The translations under genes were made by a program, and so were the position numbers. Positions 49,471 through 62,034 of a DNA stretch of 64,000 bases are shown piece after piece. This stretch comes from Takakia lepidozioides (taxonomy: Eukaryota; Plantae; Bryophyta). The stretch covers positions 14,818,001-14,882,000 of the forward strand of contig CM060731.1 in NCBI GenBank assembly GCA_030704615.1, in the 5' to 3' direction. Within the stretch, counting starts at the first letter, position 1, and every line of letters begins with the position of its first letter. The notes beneath the pieces are model-generated. The model did no database searches. It saw only the letters and a list, made by a program, of their open reading frames with translations, and had not been told where the DNA came from.

Positions 49471-52400
49471 TTTAATAAGTGATGTGGAAAATCCAAAAAA
49501 GACATGAGTGAGGTCCCTATAGAATTACAGAGTGTATTGAAAGAGTTCAAAGATGTTTTTCCAGATGACTTACCAGCACGACTTCCGCCAAAGAGAAGAG
49601 TAGATCATAAGATTGAGGTTGTTCCAAATAGTACTCCTTCTTGTAAAGTCCCTTATCGATTAGTTCCAAACGAGTTGGAAGAATGTAAGGCTTAAGTCGA
49701 GGACCTAAGTACTATCAAAGGGCTTTCTAAGACCAAGTGTATCCCCGTATGGAACGCCGGTGTTGTTTGTGAAGAAAAAAAAAAGGAGCAATGCGCATGT
49801 GCATTGATTATCGAGCACTCAACCAGCAGACAGTGAAGAACAAGTACCCGTTACCACGCATAGACGATCTATTTGACCAACTGCAAGGAGCAAAATACTT
49901 TACGAAGCTTGATTTGAGGAGTGGATACAACCAAATTCGAGTCGTTGATGAAGCTGTATATAAGACTGCTTTCCGCACTAGGTATGGACATTTTGAATAC
50001 ATGGTTATGCCATTTGGTCTCACCAATGCCCCAGCCACATTTATGGGCCTCATGAATGATATCTTCCGCCCATTCTTAGATAGATTTGTGATAGTCTTTT
50101 TAGATGATATTTTGATCTATAGTAACAGTCTTGTCGAGCATACAAACCACCTCAAACAAGTATTGCAAGTTCTCCGTGAGAATCAGCTATATGCCAAAAC
50201 ATCTAAATGTGAGTTTGGAAAATAAGAAATAGATTATCTTGGGCATAGCGTGAGTAGGAAGGGAATTGAAATAATGAGTGAGAAAGTAAAAGCTATTCAG
50301 CAGTGGATAGCCCCTGAAGACATTACCCAATTAAGGAGTTTTCTTGGCCTTACCGGATTCTAAAGACGATTTGTACGGGCATTTTCAAAGATTATCCAAC
50401 CATTGACAAATCTTTTGGGCAAAGAAATTAGATGGAAGTGGGGTATAGAAGAGGAGTTAGCATTTCAGGCCTTAAATGATGTGTTGTGTTACAACAAGAA
50501 TGGAAAGATGGATGGCACCCAATGTTATTTTTCTCGCAAATTGTTACCTGCGGAACAAAATTACCATACAACCGAACGAGAAGAATTGGCTATTGTTGTG
50601 GCTACAAAACAGTAGAGGCACTATCTTGGAGACAAAGAGTTCATAGTGGAGACAAACCATAAACCGTTGGTGTACTTGGAGACACAGAAAGATCTATCGA
50701 AGAGACAGATTCGTTGGGCGGAGTGACGTCAACAATTTAACACGAAGATCGTCTATGTGGAGGGAAAACGGCAATTGGCAGATGCAATGCAAGGATGTCA
50801 TGCATGAACACATTGACAGAAATTAACATTCAACCCGATTGATGGAACAAGATAGCGACGGCTTCTAAGGATGATGGGGAGATCGGGGACGGATGTGTAT
50901 CATCTTACTCAATTTGTCTACAAAGACCACTATAGTGTCGTATCCCGATGAGGTTTGAGGTAACTCACAAACTAAATTCATGCTCATATGTTCCCAACGT
51001 CTGTTTGGTACTGGTAGTGGTTATAAAGACCTGCTGGCTTGCAGTTTGTTGACTTATTTTTGTTGACATTTCATGCAACTTCGAGCGTATGCCTCCACCT
51101 CGTCTTGCATCCGTGGCCAATAAAATGTTCGTTTTAGTTGTTCGAATGTTTTTTCAACTCCAACATGTCATGTTATCGCCGTATCATGAGCTTCAAACAA
51201 GACTTTTGTCTTCAATGCAGGTTCATCATGGATCCAAAGTTTATCTCCCTTGAATACCAACCCTCGAACTTCTGTCACCCTGTTCATACTGTTACTTGCA
51301 TTTACATTGGGCCATATACAATGTTGCACTAGAAAATCTGTCACTGCACCTGAACTAGCTCGACTATATCTGGAAGCGGTCTATTCCCATCATGGACTAT
51401 CTAAAGTTCTCATTACTGACAGGGGTACCGAATTTACTAGCTTGTTTTGGAAAAACTTATTTGGTCTTTTTAAAACCAAATTAGCTGTATCAACAGCCTA
51501 TCATCCGGAGTCAGATGGACAGACAGAGCGAGCAAATCGTACAATTGAAGACATGTTGCGGGCCTTTACGTTAGAAGAACAAGAAGAGTGGGATTGGTTA
51601 TTACCATTGGTAGAATTTTCATACAATAACTCGGTCAACGCGTCAACGAAAGAAACTCATTTTTTTTTAATGTATGGCGAACACCCAAATGTGCCAACAA
51701 CTCTTACAAAGTTCAAATCACAAAATAAGGAGTTATTCAATGTAGCCGCGACTAACACATTTGTGCAACAAATTCGACGGGAAGTACATCAAGCTAAAAA
51801 GAAGCTGATGGTTGCCCAAAATCACCAAAAACAGTATGCAAATGCACGTCGACGGGATTAAGAGTTTGCAGTTGGGGATCAAGTGTGGTTGTCTACCACC
51901 AATTTACACATCATTGGATCGCGAAAACTAAGGGCGCGGTTCATTGGTCTTTTTTCGATCATTAAATTTATTGGAGCAGTAGCATACAAGCTGGAGTTAC
52001 CATCACATATGAAGATCTACCCGGTGTTTCACGTTTCTCTAGTACGTTGTTACAAACCTTGACCATCAATATTCAAAGATAATTAAGAACCACAACCTTT
52101 ACCAGAGTTGATAGACGGAAATGAAGAGTGAGAGATCGACCGTGTCATGAAAAAACGCACATACAAACGAGGGCGACATGAGGTGTTGGAATATTTGGTT
52201 TTATGGAAAGGATTTCCATTACATGAAGCTACATGGGAACCGGTGCAAAATCTAGCAAATGATCAATTGGCAATTCAAGCTTTCGAAAATTCGAACAACG
52301 AGAACGTTGCTTCTTGAAAAAGGGAAGGATTGTAACATGGTAGAATCTAAAAGGTTTTAGATGGAGGAAGAAAGTTCTGTAGAAGTTTCTAGAATAATTA

Positions 52401-54865
52401 GGAAGATTCCTAAGAAGTTTGACTTAAAGAAGTTTGACTTGAGGCTCTCAAGTCAAATCTCTAAGATATTCATATTATGGAGAGTAAGTCAAATCTTTGA
52501 TAAAGTCATATTGTGGAGAATATGTCAAACCTAGGAAGGTTGACTTTAGGAAGTTTTGACTTGAGGCTCTCAAGTCAAACGTTTAAAATAATCATATTGT
52601 GAAGGGTATATAAACCTGCAATGAAAGCCTAGAAGGCAACGAGTTGTTTTGGGAAAAAGTTGAGAAGTACTTCTATTTTAGTTTGTGTAGATCCTGGGTG
52701 TTATAGTGGCGACTGACGATTGGCCAGTCGCATCGCGCTGACATGTGGCGAGGCGCCATTGGCTTGTCGCGCCCTTTCAAGCATAATGTCATTTAGGGGA
52801 GGGGGGCTGGTGGGCGCCTATATAAACCATCCCCCCCTCATTTTCTGATCACTTTTGCCTCTGTCATGGTGCGGTTCCTTGGCATCATATGGTTCTTTCG
52901 GACTTCGTTGCTTAGCACTGCCAACGGGAGGTGTAAATGTGATATTTTTGGGGGGGGGGAAAGAGAGAGAGAGAGAGAGAGAGGTTTTGTCGGTTTTTTA
53001 TTGGTCAGTCCCACACCCTTGTTCACGGTTCAATCATCGTATCACCATTTTGCTGTTTTCGGATCTCCGACGATCTGTTTTTTTGTAGAAACTACGAAGA
53101 CACCATCCACACGCGTCCATTGCCGTTTTCTGAGGTTTTGTCCAATGTTGGCCGGTTATAAGAATTTTACATATCCGCCGGTTAAGGTTACTTCAATATT
53201 TTTGGGATAGACACATTCCATGGTTATGTATAAGGATAAATTTTTTATTTTAATATATTCACCGGTTATCTATTCTACAAAATTCTTCAAATTTCGACGA
53301 TTATGAATATGACGGTTAGAGGTGTCCTAAAATTGGTGGATATATATGCAATTGGCGGTTACATATAATATATTGAATTGACACTTGTATTTCTTAATGA
53401 TTTTTGTTAAAAATAATCAATTCCCACATGACATCCAAATGAACCTTTAATAAAGATGAGTAATAGATAGATAATGCTAGAATGCTCCAAGTACATGAGA
53501 GATTTATCCACAATGACAAATAAAATGACTAGAGTAAGAAAGGAAGAAAGTCAAAGAGAGAAATTGACTAACATTTAACATAGCAATAAGTTATACATAC
53601 TGAGCGCACCTCTTACAAAAGTTGCCAATACTAAGGCATGCAGACAATCAATGCAGCTGCGTTGTGTGAGGAGGAAGACAATCATGGCAATCAATGCAGT
53701 TGCGTTGTGTGAGGAGAAACGTGTCATATACTGTAACCGCTCTAGGGGTGGTCAAAACGCCTTACTAATCCGGGTATACAGTGTAGTGCTAACTTTAATA
53801 TATGGTACATATACATATACATACTCACCTCCCAACCGTCGGTTATCTATTTGCTCTGTTTTGTAAAAATACCTTGTATGCGGTTATGTATACCTACTAA
53901 TCAGGGTGATAACCGACTCACTAACCGGGGTAAAGTGCTATACCCGGCCAACACAGGTTTTGTCCCTGTAATGGGCAAAGGGTTATACAATGTCCCTTCT
54001 CAAATATTGAAAACACTCTTTACTAGATATTTTAATGTTTAATTTGAAAAAATATTTAGACGTCAAAATCTATAGTTTACAACCACTTGTCCATATACCA
54101 CCTGACACCTCTAGATTACATGTTTTATACCTTTTAGTAAAAGACGACACCTCAAAAACCCAAAACATAAGATGTTATGGACTAGAGCAAATCGACCTGT
54201 TTTTAGGTGCAAAATAGTCCATAGCTCTCAATTCCTAAGATAACTAGTCCATATAAAAGTGGATCTGGGTTGGATTTAAAAATGACACCCCTAGCGTGTT
54301 TTTCTTTGTGCCACTGTATGAGTGTACATGATATTTTTTCAGTCCATAAGATTTTATGTGTAACATCTGCAGTCCACAATAATCAACTTTAAAAGTCCAT
54401 AGCTCTCTGGTACATGATTGTTTTTGCAATCTAACAATTGGTACACATACCTATTGTAGTTAGAAACCCTACACCATATAAAAATAGATGAAATATTGAG
54501 TTGTTGGACAAATATGGGTAAAACCATGGAGGAATGTCACTGCAAAAACTGCCATGTTACGCAAAAACTGAGACACCCAATTCTGCAAATACCCTATGAC
54601 AACAACAAGAAAGAGAGAGTCACATTAGCCCATGTAGTACTTCGGTTCATGGGCAAGCCATTCAATTGGCCTGAGCCCAAAGAGGTATATAGGACGGAGT
54701 AGACCATAGTCTCGTAGATATGAGATTTGTAGCGATTCAATGGTTCATTTGTGAAGACAGAACTCAATTTTGATCGTGCATGTAATAAATAAAGTCCCAT
54801 TGTAAATACTACATTGCATATGTTCGACCCTGACACCTTTCATCGCAACATAAATGGTTTGTGTA

Positions 54866-55260
54866 TTGTCTCACTGTTTATATTTGTAATGTTCCAAGGT
54901 GCAAGCTGATAGGGCTTTGAGAAAATGATGTATTAGTTCCGTACGAGTTAAACAACTAACGTCCCACACCTCATTTGGATGTGCGACACTACCATGTGAG
55001 GCATGAGTCTGTAAGTAACATGTGCACATGCGGCCTTCGAAGTCCGAACGTGCGATACTAGTCCAGCAAATGCTTTGCTGGAACGTCCGGAGGTCGCATG
55101 TACACCTATTACTTAGTGACTCATGCCTCACATGGTAGTGTCACGCATAAAAATGAGATATGAAACGTAAGTTGTCTAAAACCTATGGAACCAATACATC
55201 GTTTTTCTCAGAACCTTGTCAGAAACATTGGAACATTGGAACATACAAACAGTGACACAG
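54866..55260. repeat. Long imperfect inverted repeat (hairpin 1)
   Basis: Perfect 25-bp core at 54985-55009 / 55118-55142; arms extend imperfectly to ~190 bp. Confidence 0.8.
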
Positions 55261-55449
55261 TACACGGCCAGTTTTGTTGAAATGACATCTGTGAGATTCG
55301 AGCGTATGCAATTTATTATTTACAACGAAACTTTATTTACTCGGAAGACCAGTATTGCTGCTGGAGCGCAAGTTGCAACTGATGGATTATGGTGCGAGTT
55401 CTCTATTGATCGCAGTTGTCACAATCAATGTCAACAATCATATTTACGG

Positions 55450-55780
55450 TAAGGTGTTTGATGCTATTGTTGTTCATGTAGCTGAATTCTGTAGTACTCT
55501 TTTTGCTATTCCCATGCCAACAACATCAGGTCCTCTGAGATCGTCATGTTCAAACGAACGTATCAGCCACCCCGGCCAACTTGCAGCCACGACCCACCAT
55601 AAATTGAATGAATTGGAGATTTGGTGCTCAGTTCCTGGTTTCATGTCCGTGGTGGCTGATACAGAATTCGGAATATGGCAGTCCTAGTGGACCTGATGTT
55701 GTTGGCATGAGAATAGCAAAACGATTCCTAAAGAAATCAGCTACATAAACATCGGCAGTTTGGTTATGCAATTCAAAGAC
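55450..55780. repeat. Long imperfect inverted repeat (hairpin 2)
   Basis: 33-bp core with 1 mismatch at 55501-55533 / 55689-55721; extends outward. Confidence 0.8.
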
Positions 55781-57128
55781 CCATTCAATTTGGTTATGGT
55801 TGTACATATACAGCAAATCTGTTCAGTCTATGAGGGAGCGAGGGGATTTTCCCTGTGTCAGGATTGCTTACTTTTCTCTTATTAAGTTCGGCTTTAACTT
55901 TGTTCATGGTGTTTTGTATAATATGGTCTATTTGACTTAGTATGTCCAGCTGTCTAGCTACTTCTTGCCATTGATGATATGCAAACCATCAGATGTAACC
56001 TTGGTTCTATTCAACAAAAATATACATCAAAAGGACTCATGTGCATCATCACCAGCATTCTGCTAGCTTTCTATATGCAGTTACTTGGCCCTTTACTTAC
56101 TTTTATAGAATCTCTTTAGGCAATACTCTCTTGCGTCTTAGAGAGGCATCATATGAAGGTGGCCACCACCAAGCAAAGTTGTTTGTGAGGTATCACTTCG
56201 GGAGATGCGTGTCCGAGTTAGCTGTACCTGAACATTATAATGATCTTGGGAAACATCTGATCAATGGCTTGTCTGTTTGAACCATTGAAAAATTTCAGTT
56301 CATGGAAATGATGCAGGCCCCAAAATGCATATTGTGAGCACATGTCTATAATTGGTGAGCCTGTGAGCTTGGACATATAACAATGGGCTCATGCAACCAA
56401 TGAGCGCGGATTCAAATTTCAATCACATGAGAATATGTATAACCGTAGAGATAAATTTATTTCATTTCCACAAATTAGGTTTTCATGATATCTCATAACA
56501 CTTTACAATGATGTTTAAAGAAAACCATCTGTAACCAAGTATTCAATAGGTGTCACAATTTGAAAAATAAAAAAACGACCAAATATGATGAATGCCTAAG
56601 CTTAATGTTTGTGTCACTGAACTAACTATTGTTGCAGCTTGGACATGAACTGTTGTTTTAATTTTAGTTTAGTTTATTTTTAATTTGAAAAATACACATG
56701 TCCCATTTACAGCGTAGCTACGGCGTGAGCCCAGCCCCGTGAGCCTGGGAGCTGAGCTCACGTTCAAGCTTTGAAGCGTGAGCTGAGCTCACGCTTCAGG
56801 GAAGCGTGAGCGGCATGAATCTGCTGGAGAAGCAGGTCCTATAGGCGAGGATTGCAGGAAGAGGGCCTATTACCGTGGACAAAACAAAGGAGGCCACCAT
56901 GCACCATGTCTGCAATGCGTGCCAAAAAAGAGGAATATGTAAACATGGCAGATTTGAGCTCAGAATGATTGACACAGTTTATTTCAATTCACAGAGAGAC
57001 GCTTACAATGAATCGCAAGTGCATTTGCCCTCACAAGTGAACAAAATGTATATGTTTGTCATAAAATGAAAAGTCTTCACACGGCAACCTGGAAACCAGC
57101 ATGGGAAGCGGGCATGGCTCGTATGTGT

Positions 57129-60100
57129 TCAAAGAGAAGTTGGCGGAGCTCTACGCGAGGTGTCCCGCTGCAGAAGGGTGATGACTTCTCCGTAGCCTAG
57201 TGTGGCTTGGTGAATGAATTGGTCTCTCTTACCGTCGCAACACATAATTACAAGGTATATGTAATATTGATGCTTGCAGGGGACCCACTTCCCTCTCATG
57301 CCGAGAGCGCCCTCACGCATCGTTACAAAATCCGGACAAGTGCACGATGGGAAATTCCCAATGGTAACTTGATATTCTTTGGCATGAAGAACTGAGCCAA
57401 TTGACAGCACTGTGTAAATCCGTCCATACCCCGGGGAAGGGACTTCGGTGATACGAGTCACCGTAGCCTGCAAAATTCTAGCCGATTCCATCTTGCATTC
57501 GTGATCTGCACCCGAAGCAACACGGCGCACTGTTTTTCCATCTCTTTTTGTTGGGTGGGAGTCGGCACCGGGTGGAGGCATTGTCGGAGCATGTGGCACA
57601 TCTGTGCCGACAGTGCATAAGGGCACCACCCGGGACCGTGCAAGACAAAACCCTCCCTCCTCCAGCATGCTTATCTCGGTTGAGGACAGCGATGTCCCAA
57701 TTTTCACAGGCCAAATTGCGGGGGGAGGGGGCTTCATTATCACGGAAGGACGAACTGTTCCCTTCACGCATCGTGCCATATCGTCTGGGCAGAACCAAAA
57801 CTTGTGTTCTTTTGACTCCCCACTATGGTAAGGTCGGAACAACCCTGTGAATGTTGGAGCTGGAGTCCCCCTGGAGCCTTTGCATATTTTTGATTTGCAT
57901 TTCTTGAAAGAGGGGGTCCGAATTGCCATGCAAGCCACTCTAGATCCTGGTGGGGTGCGTTCTATATGCCAGTCACTATCAATGCAATCAGATTCCTGCA
58001 CCATGGCCACCACCTCCTCCAATGGGATTTCCGCTGCTATGCTTGCATGTTCTGCACCTGCTCCACAGGAGGAGGACCCACCTGGGAAGGGGCCGGCACA
58101 GGACTTAGTCTGCACTGGAGACACCTTTGGCACAGAGAAATTGACCCTGTCTGGCCTATGGGAATCTCCATCTGACCCTGGAAGAGTGTTTAATTTCCTT
58201 TTGCATGATCCAAATCTTTCCTCGCCTTCCAAATGGGGGAGCCTGGATTGCAGAGGGGAGCCTTCAGTGCACCTGTTTAGAGCTCTGGCCATCTTTGACG
58301 GGTCTCCGGACCTACTCGCAGCCCTTAGCATCAACAAAGTCGAATCGGGGCCCTTCCCTCCACCCCGTCCCATCAGAAAATTGCGGTACCTGGTTTGTTG
58401 TGTAAGTGCCCGCACCATGTCATCAGCAGTGGCCACATACAAGTCACGACCTACTTTGGTAGACTGTTGCATCCAGGCGTTGTGAACAGTCTCTGCCAAA
58501 TTACACGATGGCATGTCGGCCAAGTCCTCCAAGGACATGTCCTGCAGGAGGCATTGCATGGAAATGTGAGGAAGGAAAAGAAATGGTAGAGGTTCTTCAA
58601 GTGACAATCGAACAACCCCAAATGAACAGGCACGATGCAAAGTGCAATTTGTGTTTAAGGAAAACTTGTGAGGCTTACCGTCGTCATGAAAGCTCCCCAC
58701 TGTCTGTACCTGAAGTGCCAGAAAACCAACCAGTCCTCCAACTCCTTCAGGTGGATACCTGTAGCAGCACCAGCGGAGAACCACCAAGCCCGGATTGCCT
58801 GGTAAGTGCTCTCAGCTTCTCCCATTGAGGTGGCATTCTTGTACTTCAGACAGAGCCTTCTATGCTCCAACTGAAGGTCAGGGCGAATGCAGCGCTTTGT
58901 ATGACGTGCCAGAGATTGACTCCAATGGAAGAGGCATGTGCGCTCCCTATTTTCCATGGGGACCTTAGGATCCCCAGAACCAAACACGCGCCGCACTGCA
59001 TTGAAATTTGCCTGTGCACTATCAGCCATGAAGCCCGCAAAATTTGTGTTCTGTATTCCATTGCGCTGCATGACGGTCAGGAGGGAATTCCACATGAGCA
59101 TCTGGGATTCAGTGTCCTCCGACTGCATATCACAAATTGCTATGGAGAGCACACGCTGGTACGCTGGATCATACACATGGCACGCCATGGTTGTCCAACC
59201 CTTCACCCGTTTGCAGTGATCAAACATTAACCAACATTTAGCCAAATCTCCTCCAGGTTGCATTCGGCGGACAATGCTCACACCACTGCCTTGGCCCACA
59301 GCGGACATCTTGAACAAATACACTTTGGACGAGCCCTGGCCAGGGAAGATACTGTTTTGAATGAATTCATAGCGACTCCTCCGTTTGAGGTCCATAATGT
59401 TGTCCATGAATCCAGCAGTGCCTGTGCCCATTCTGAGTGCATTCACCTGGTTTCGAATATTGGGAGAGCTCAACACGGAGAAATGGTCCATGACTGCCTC
59501 AAGGGAATCTGCATCCAGCATTGGCTGTGTCGCATCCCCTTCACCCAGTATGTGTTTTTCCAGGAATGCCTTGCTAGCTGCAAGCGCTATAGCAGAAGGT
59601 GTTGCAGAAGGGGCATTATGGAACTCTTGCTTCAGTAGATTTCTAGCGATGTCCACGCTATCCCTGCAACTCCCTTTGGACACAGGATGCTCGTGTGCAC
59701 CCATATGAATGCAGGCACGAGTCATTGTCTTGCATCGATGTGCCACCTGATACATACGAGCGTGGCAAACAGAAACACAGGACGGGGAAAGTTTGCAGAA
59801 CCTGCACACAAAAGTATTGGTCTTGGGAGGTGCAAGCCCTGGGGTGAAAGGATTCAGGGGCACACCTTCCCACTCACTTTCGTTTGGCTGAGCGCTGTTT
59901 CTCAGCCGAGGGCAAGAAATATTCAGGCACTTGCAATGCCCAACGCAAACCGACCTCCGAAATTTCAAGCCAATGTCGTTATGGATGTTCGAAGTTTTTG
60001 TCCTGCACCAAGGATGTCCGTCATGTTTCTTGTCCATGCCCTGCAGAAGCCCAGCCAGTCCACTGGAAGACGTGGGAGGGTTGAGCTCAAACAAGATGTC

Positions 60101-60700
60101 CCCATCAAACTGAGCTGGCACGTATTGAACCCGTTGCACTGGAAGGGACTCCCAATCAACAAAACGTAGCTCGCTCTTGCACCCAAGCACACCTGCGAGG
60201 GCTTTCAATTTTGGAATGACACTTGTTATCTCTTGCAATTCGTCATCATCCAATAAGGGAGTTTGCACTGGCGGAGGAATCTCAGAAACATCCTCCGAGG
60301 ACGAGTCCGAAAGAGTAACGAAGGTAGTGGATGTGCTCACCTCTTGTTTCACAGGAACTGTGCCCTTCTGTTGCACGACCGATGCTGCAGTGCCAGGGGT
60401 AACGACTGATCCTGCTGATTGTCTTCTCTCTTTTCCAAGGACACGGTATGTTCCTGGAAGGACTCTCCACTTCCTTCCACACTCGCCAACCAAGGGTTTC
60501 TCCAAGTGCCCAGAATCCAAATTCCCATCCTCGTCATACACCTCTTTCTGAACAAGCAGAGAACCCAACTCCAGCGGGAACACTGTAACCAGCTCATCCT
60601 CATGAACAACTGCATACCCATCGTCGTCTGCAGTGGCAGTCAGTGGAAGAGTACCTGCATTGGAATGGAATCGAGCGAGTGCATCTCGCTCCCTCGACAT
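57129..60700 (-). CDS. Mutator-like (MULE) transposase with GCM/WRKY-like DNA-binding domain and C-terminal SWIM finger; apparently intact
   Basis: Two long ORFs joined by a GT-AG intron (58678-58542). DDE: WLMFDH, GFMADSA, CLFHW, CNLAETVH. SWIM: SCTCPDF...PCKH. N-terminal RRSVCVGHCKC...HMGAHEHP. Start probably ATG at 60700 (frame open to 61123). Confidence 0.85.
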
Positions 60701-61492
60701 GTTTTCCAGCACTGAACGAAACTGCCGATTCAGAACGGAATCCCCGAACTGAGAGCCCGTAATTATCGAAAGTGGAAATACCACCAGCAAACTGAGGTCA
60801 ACAAGGGTAGCACCAAACCAAAGGCTGCCGGCGATGCATGCCAAGGATGTAGGGATGACGTGCACCTTCACCTCCCACCAACCAGAAAAACCGTTTTGAA
60901 AGACCAGAGCCACAAGAAGCCGTACTGTTTTTGGATGGAAAACAAACCCTGAAAATGACATGAAACCATCCATTATGAAATGACGGCAACAACCCTGGAG
61001 AGCAGTAAACAGGAAGATCCGATTGTAATGAGATTGTGTTGCGCCAGAATAGCACAGAACAAACACCGACACTCCAAGAGATACCTCGCACGAATGTGTG
61101 CAACACATGGTCATATCCGACACAATCCTTTATACCGAATGACCCCATGGGGACGGTCACGGCATAAAAAAAACCACAGGGCATGCAGTACAACACACGT
61201 GGATGCATATGTGAAGCATAACAATTATTGCGAATCTGGAAGAACTGCTCGGAATTGAAAAAGCACTACATTTCTACGGCGCATTCGAATTTGAAAGAAG
61301 GCAAGGAGGCCGCCATGTATTGGCAGGCGGCGAAGTACATCTGACATATATCGCAAATGCATGCAACGGATGTTCTTTTTCTTCGGCGCTTTATTAGCTG
61401 GGTAATACAAAGACGACAAAATGGATGAATTCCGTTCGCACACAATATCAACACCCGCATCCAAATACGGTTGACAACGTCCATTTTTATTT

Positions 61493-62014
61493 TTGTTACA
61501 TGCGATACCAGCACTTGTTGCAAACGTCAAACTGGAGAGCTCCAGGGGCATCGTGGGGAGCCCTTGTTTCCAGCGGAGGAGAAAGAGAAGGAAGTCATTA
61601 TACTTCACGAGTTCTAGAAACAGGAATAGAGCTAGATATAGAATGAGGATGGAAAGAGTGGAGGAAGAGGAAAAGGAGGAAGAAGAGGGAATACAGGAAA
61701 GTGTGGCGATGGAGGAGCAGGAATCTGGAGAAGAACAACAACCCACCATAGTTCCAGGAACAGGCGAGGAGGACACTGCGTCTGAGGGAGAGACAGACGA
61801 CATGGAGGAAGATGTTGACACTGGCCTCACGAACGATCTGACCACGGGAAAGAGGAAGGGGGAGAGGCTCACCTACATAGTCGGCGAAGAGAGCAGCCCG
61901 AAGCGGAAAGGGTCCCCGGCAACTGGGGAGTCTTCTCGAGTAGCTAGGAAAAAGGTAAAATCTACAGGACCCATATTTGTGAAGAATTCGGCTTTCAATG
62001 GCAGGTATTTGTGA
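61493..62014 (+). CDS. Acidic/basic low-complexity ORF divergent from the MULE transposase; possible first exon of an accessory gene
   Basis: 173 codons with a Glu-rich tract, NLS-like KRKG motifs and a possible donor cag|gtattt at ~62004. Confidence 0.35.
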   Translation: MLHAIPALVANVKLESSRGIVGSPCFQRRRKRRKSLYFTSSRNRNRARYRMRMERVEEEEKEEEEGIQESVAMEEQESGEEQQPTIVPGTGEEDTASEGETDDMEEDVDTGLTNDLTTGKRKGERLTYIVGEESSPKRKGSPATGESSRVARKKVKSTGPIFVKNSAFNGRYL

Positions 62015-62034
62015 AAGAAAGAACCATTCAGCGG

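Larger units (their letters stand above)
46400..52317 (+). pseudogene. Chromovirus pol (PR-RT-RH-INT-chromodomain), disrupted
   Basis: VLIDPGAT; [31 protein letters not shown]; TDRGTEF, HPESDGQTERAN; chromodomain EYLVLWKGFPLHEATWEP (~52190-52250). Many stops, a nested insert (~46832-49470) and an inversion (~50884-51327). Confidence 0.88.
44218..52705 (+). mobile_element. Degenerate Ty3/Gypsy chromovirus with nested insertions
   Basis: LTRs 44218-44585 and 52331-52705; TSD gtggt/gtggc; tRNA-iMet-like PBS tggtatcatagcc (44587-44599); PPT aaaaagggaaggat; gag, PR, RT, RH, INT and chromodomain remnants. Confidence 0.92.

Noticed and set aside
57847-60551. Several plus-strand ORFs (e.g. 57847-58485, 59687-60169)
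   Set aside because: Antisense shadows of the MULE transposase.
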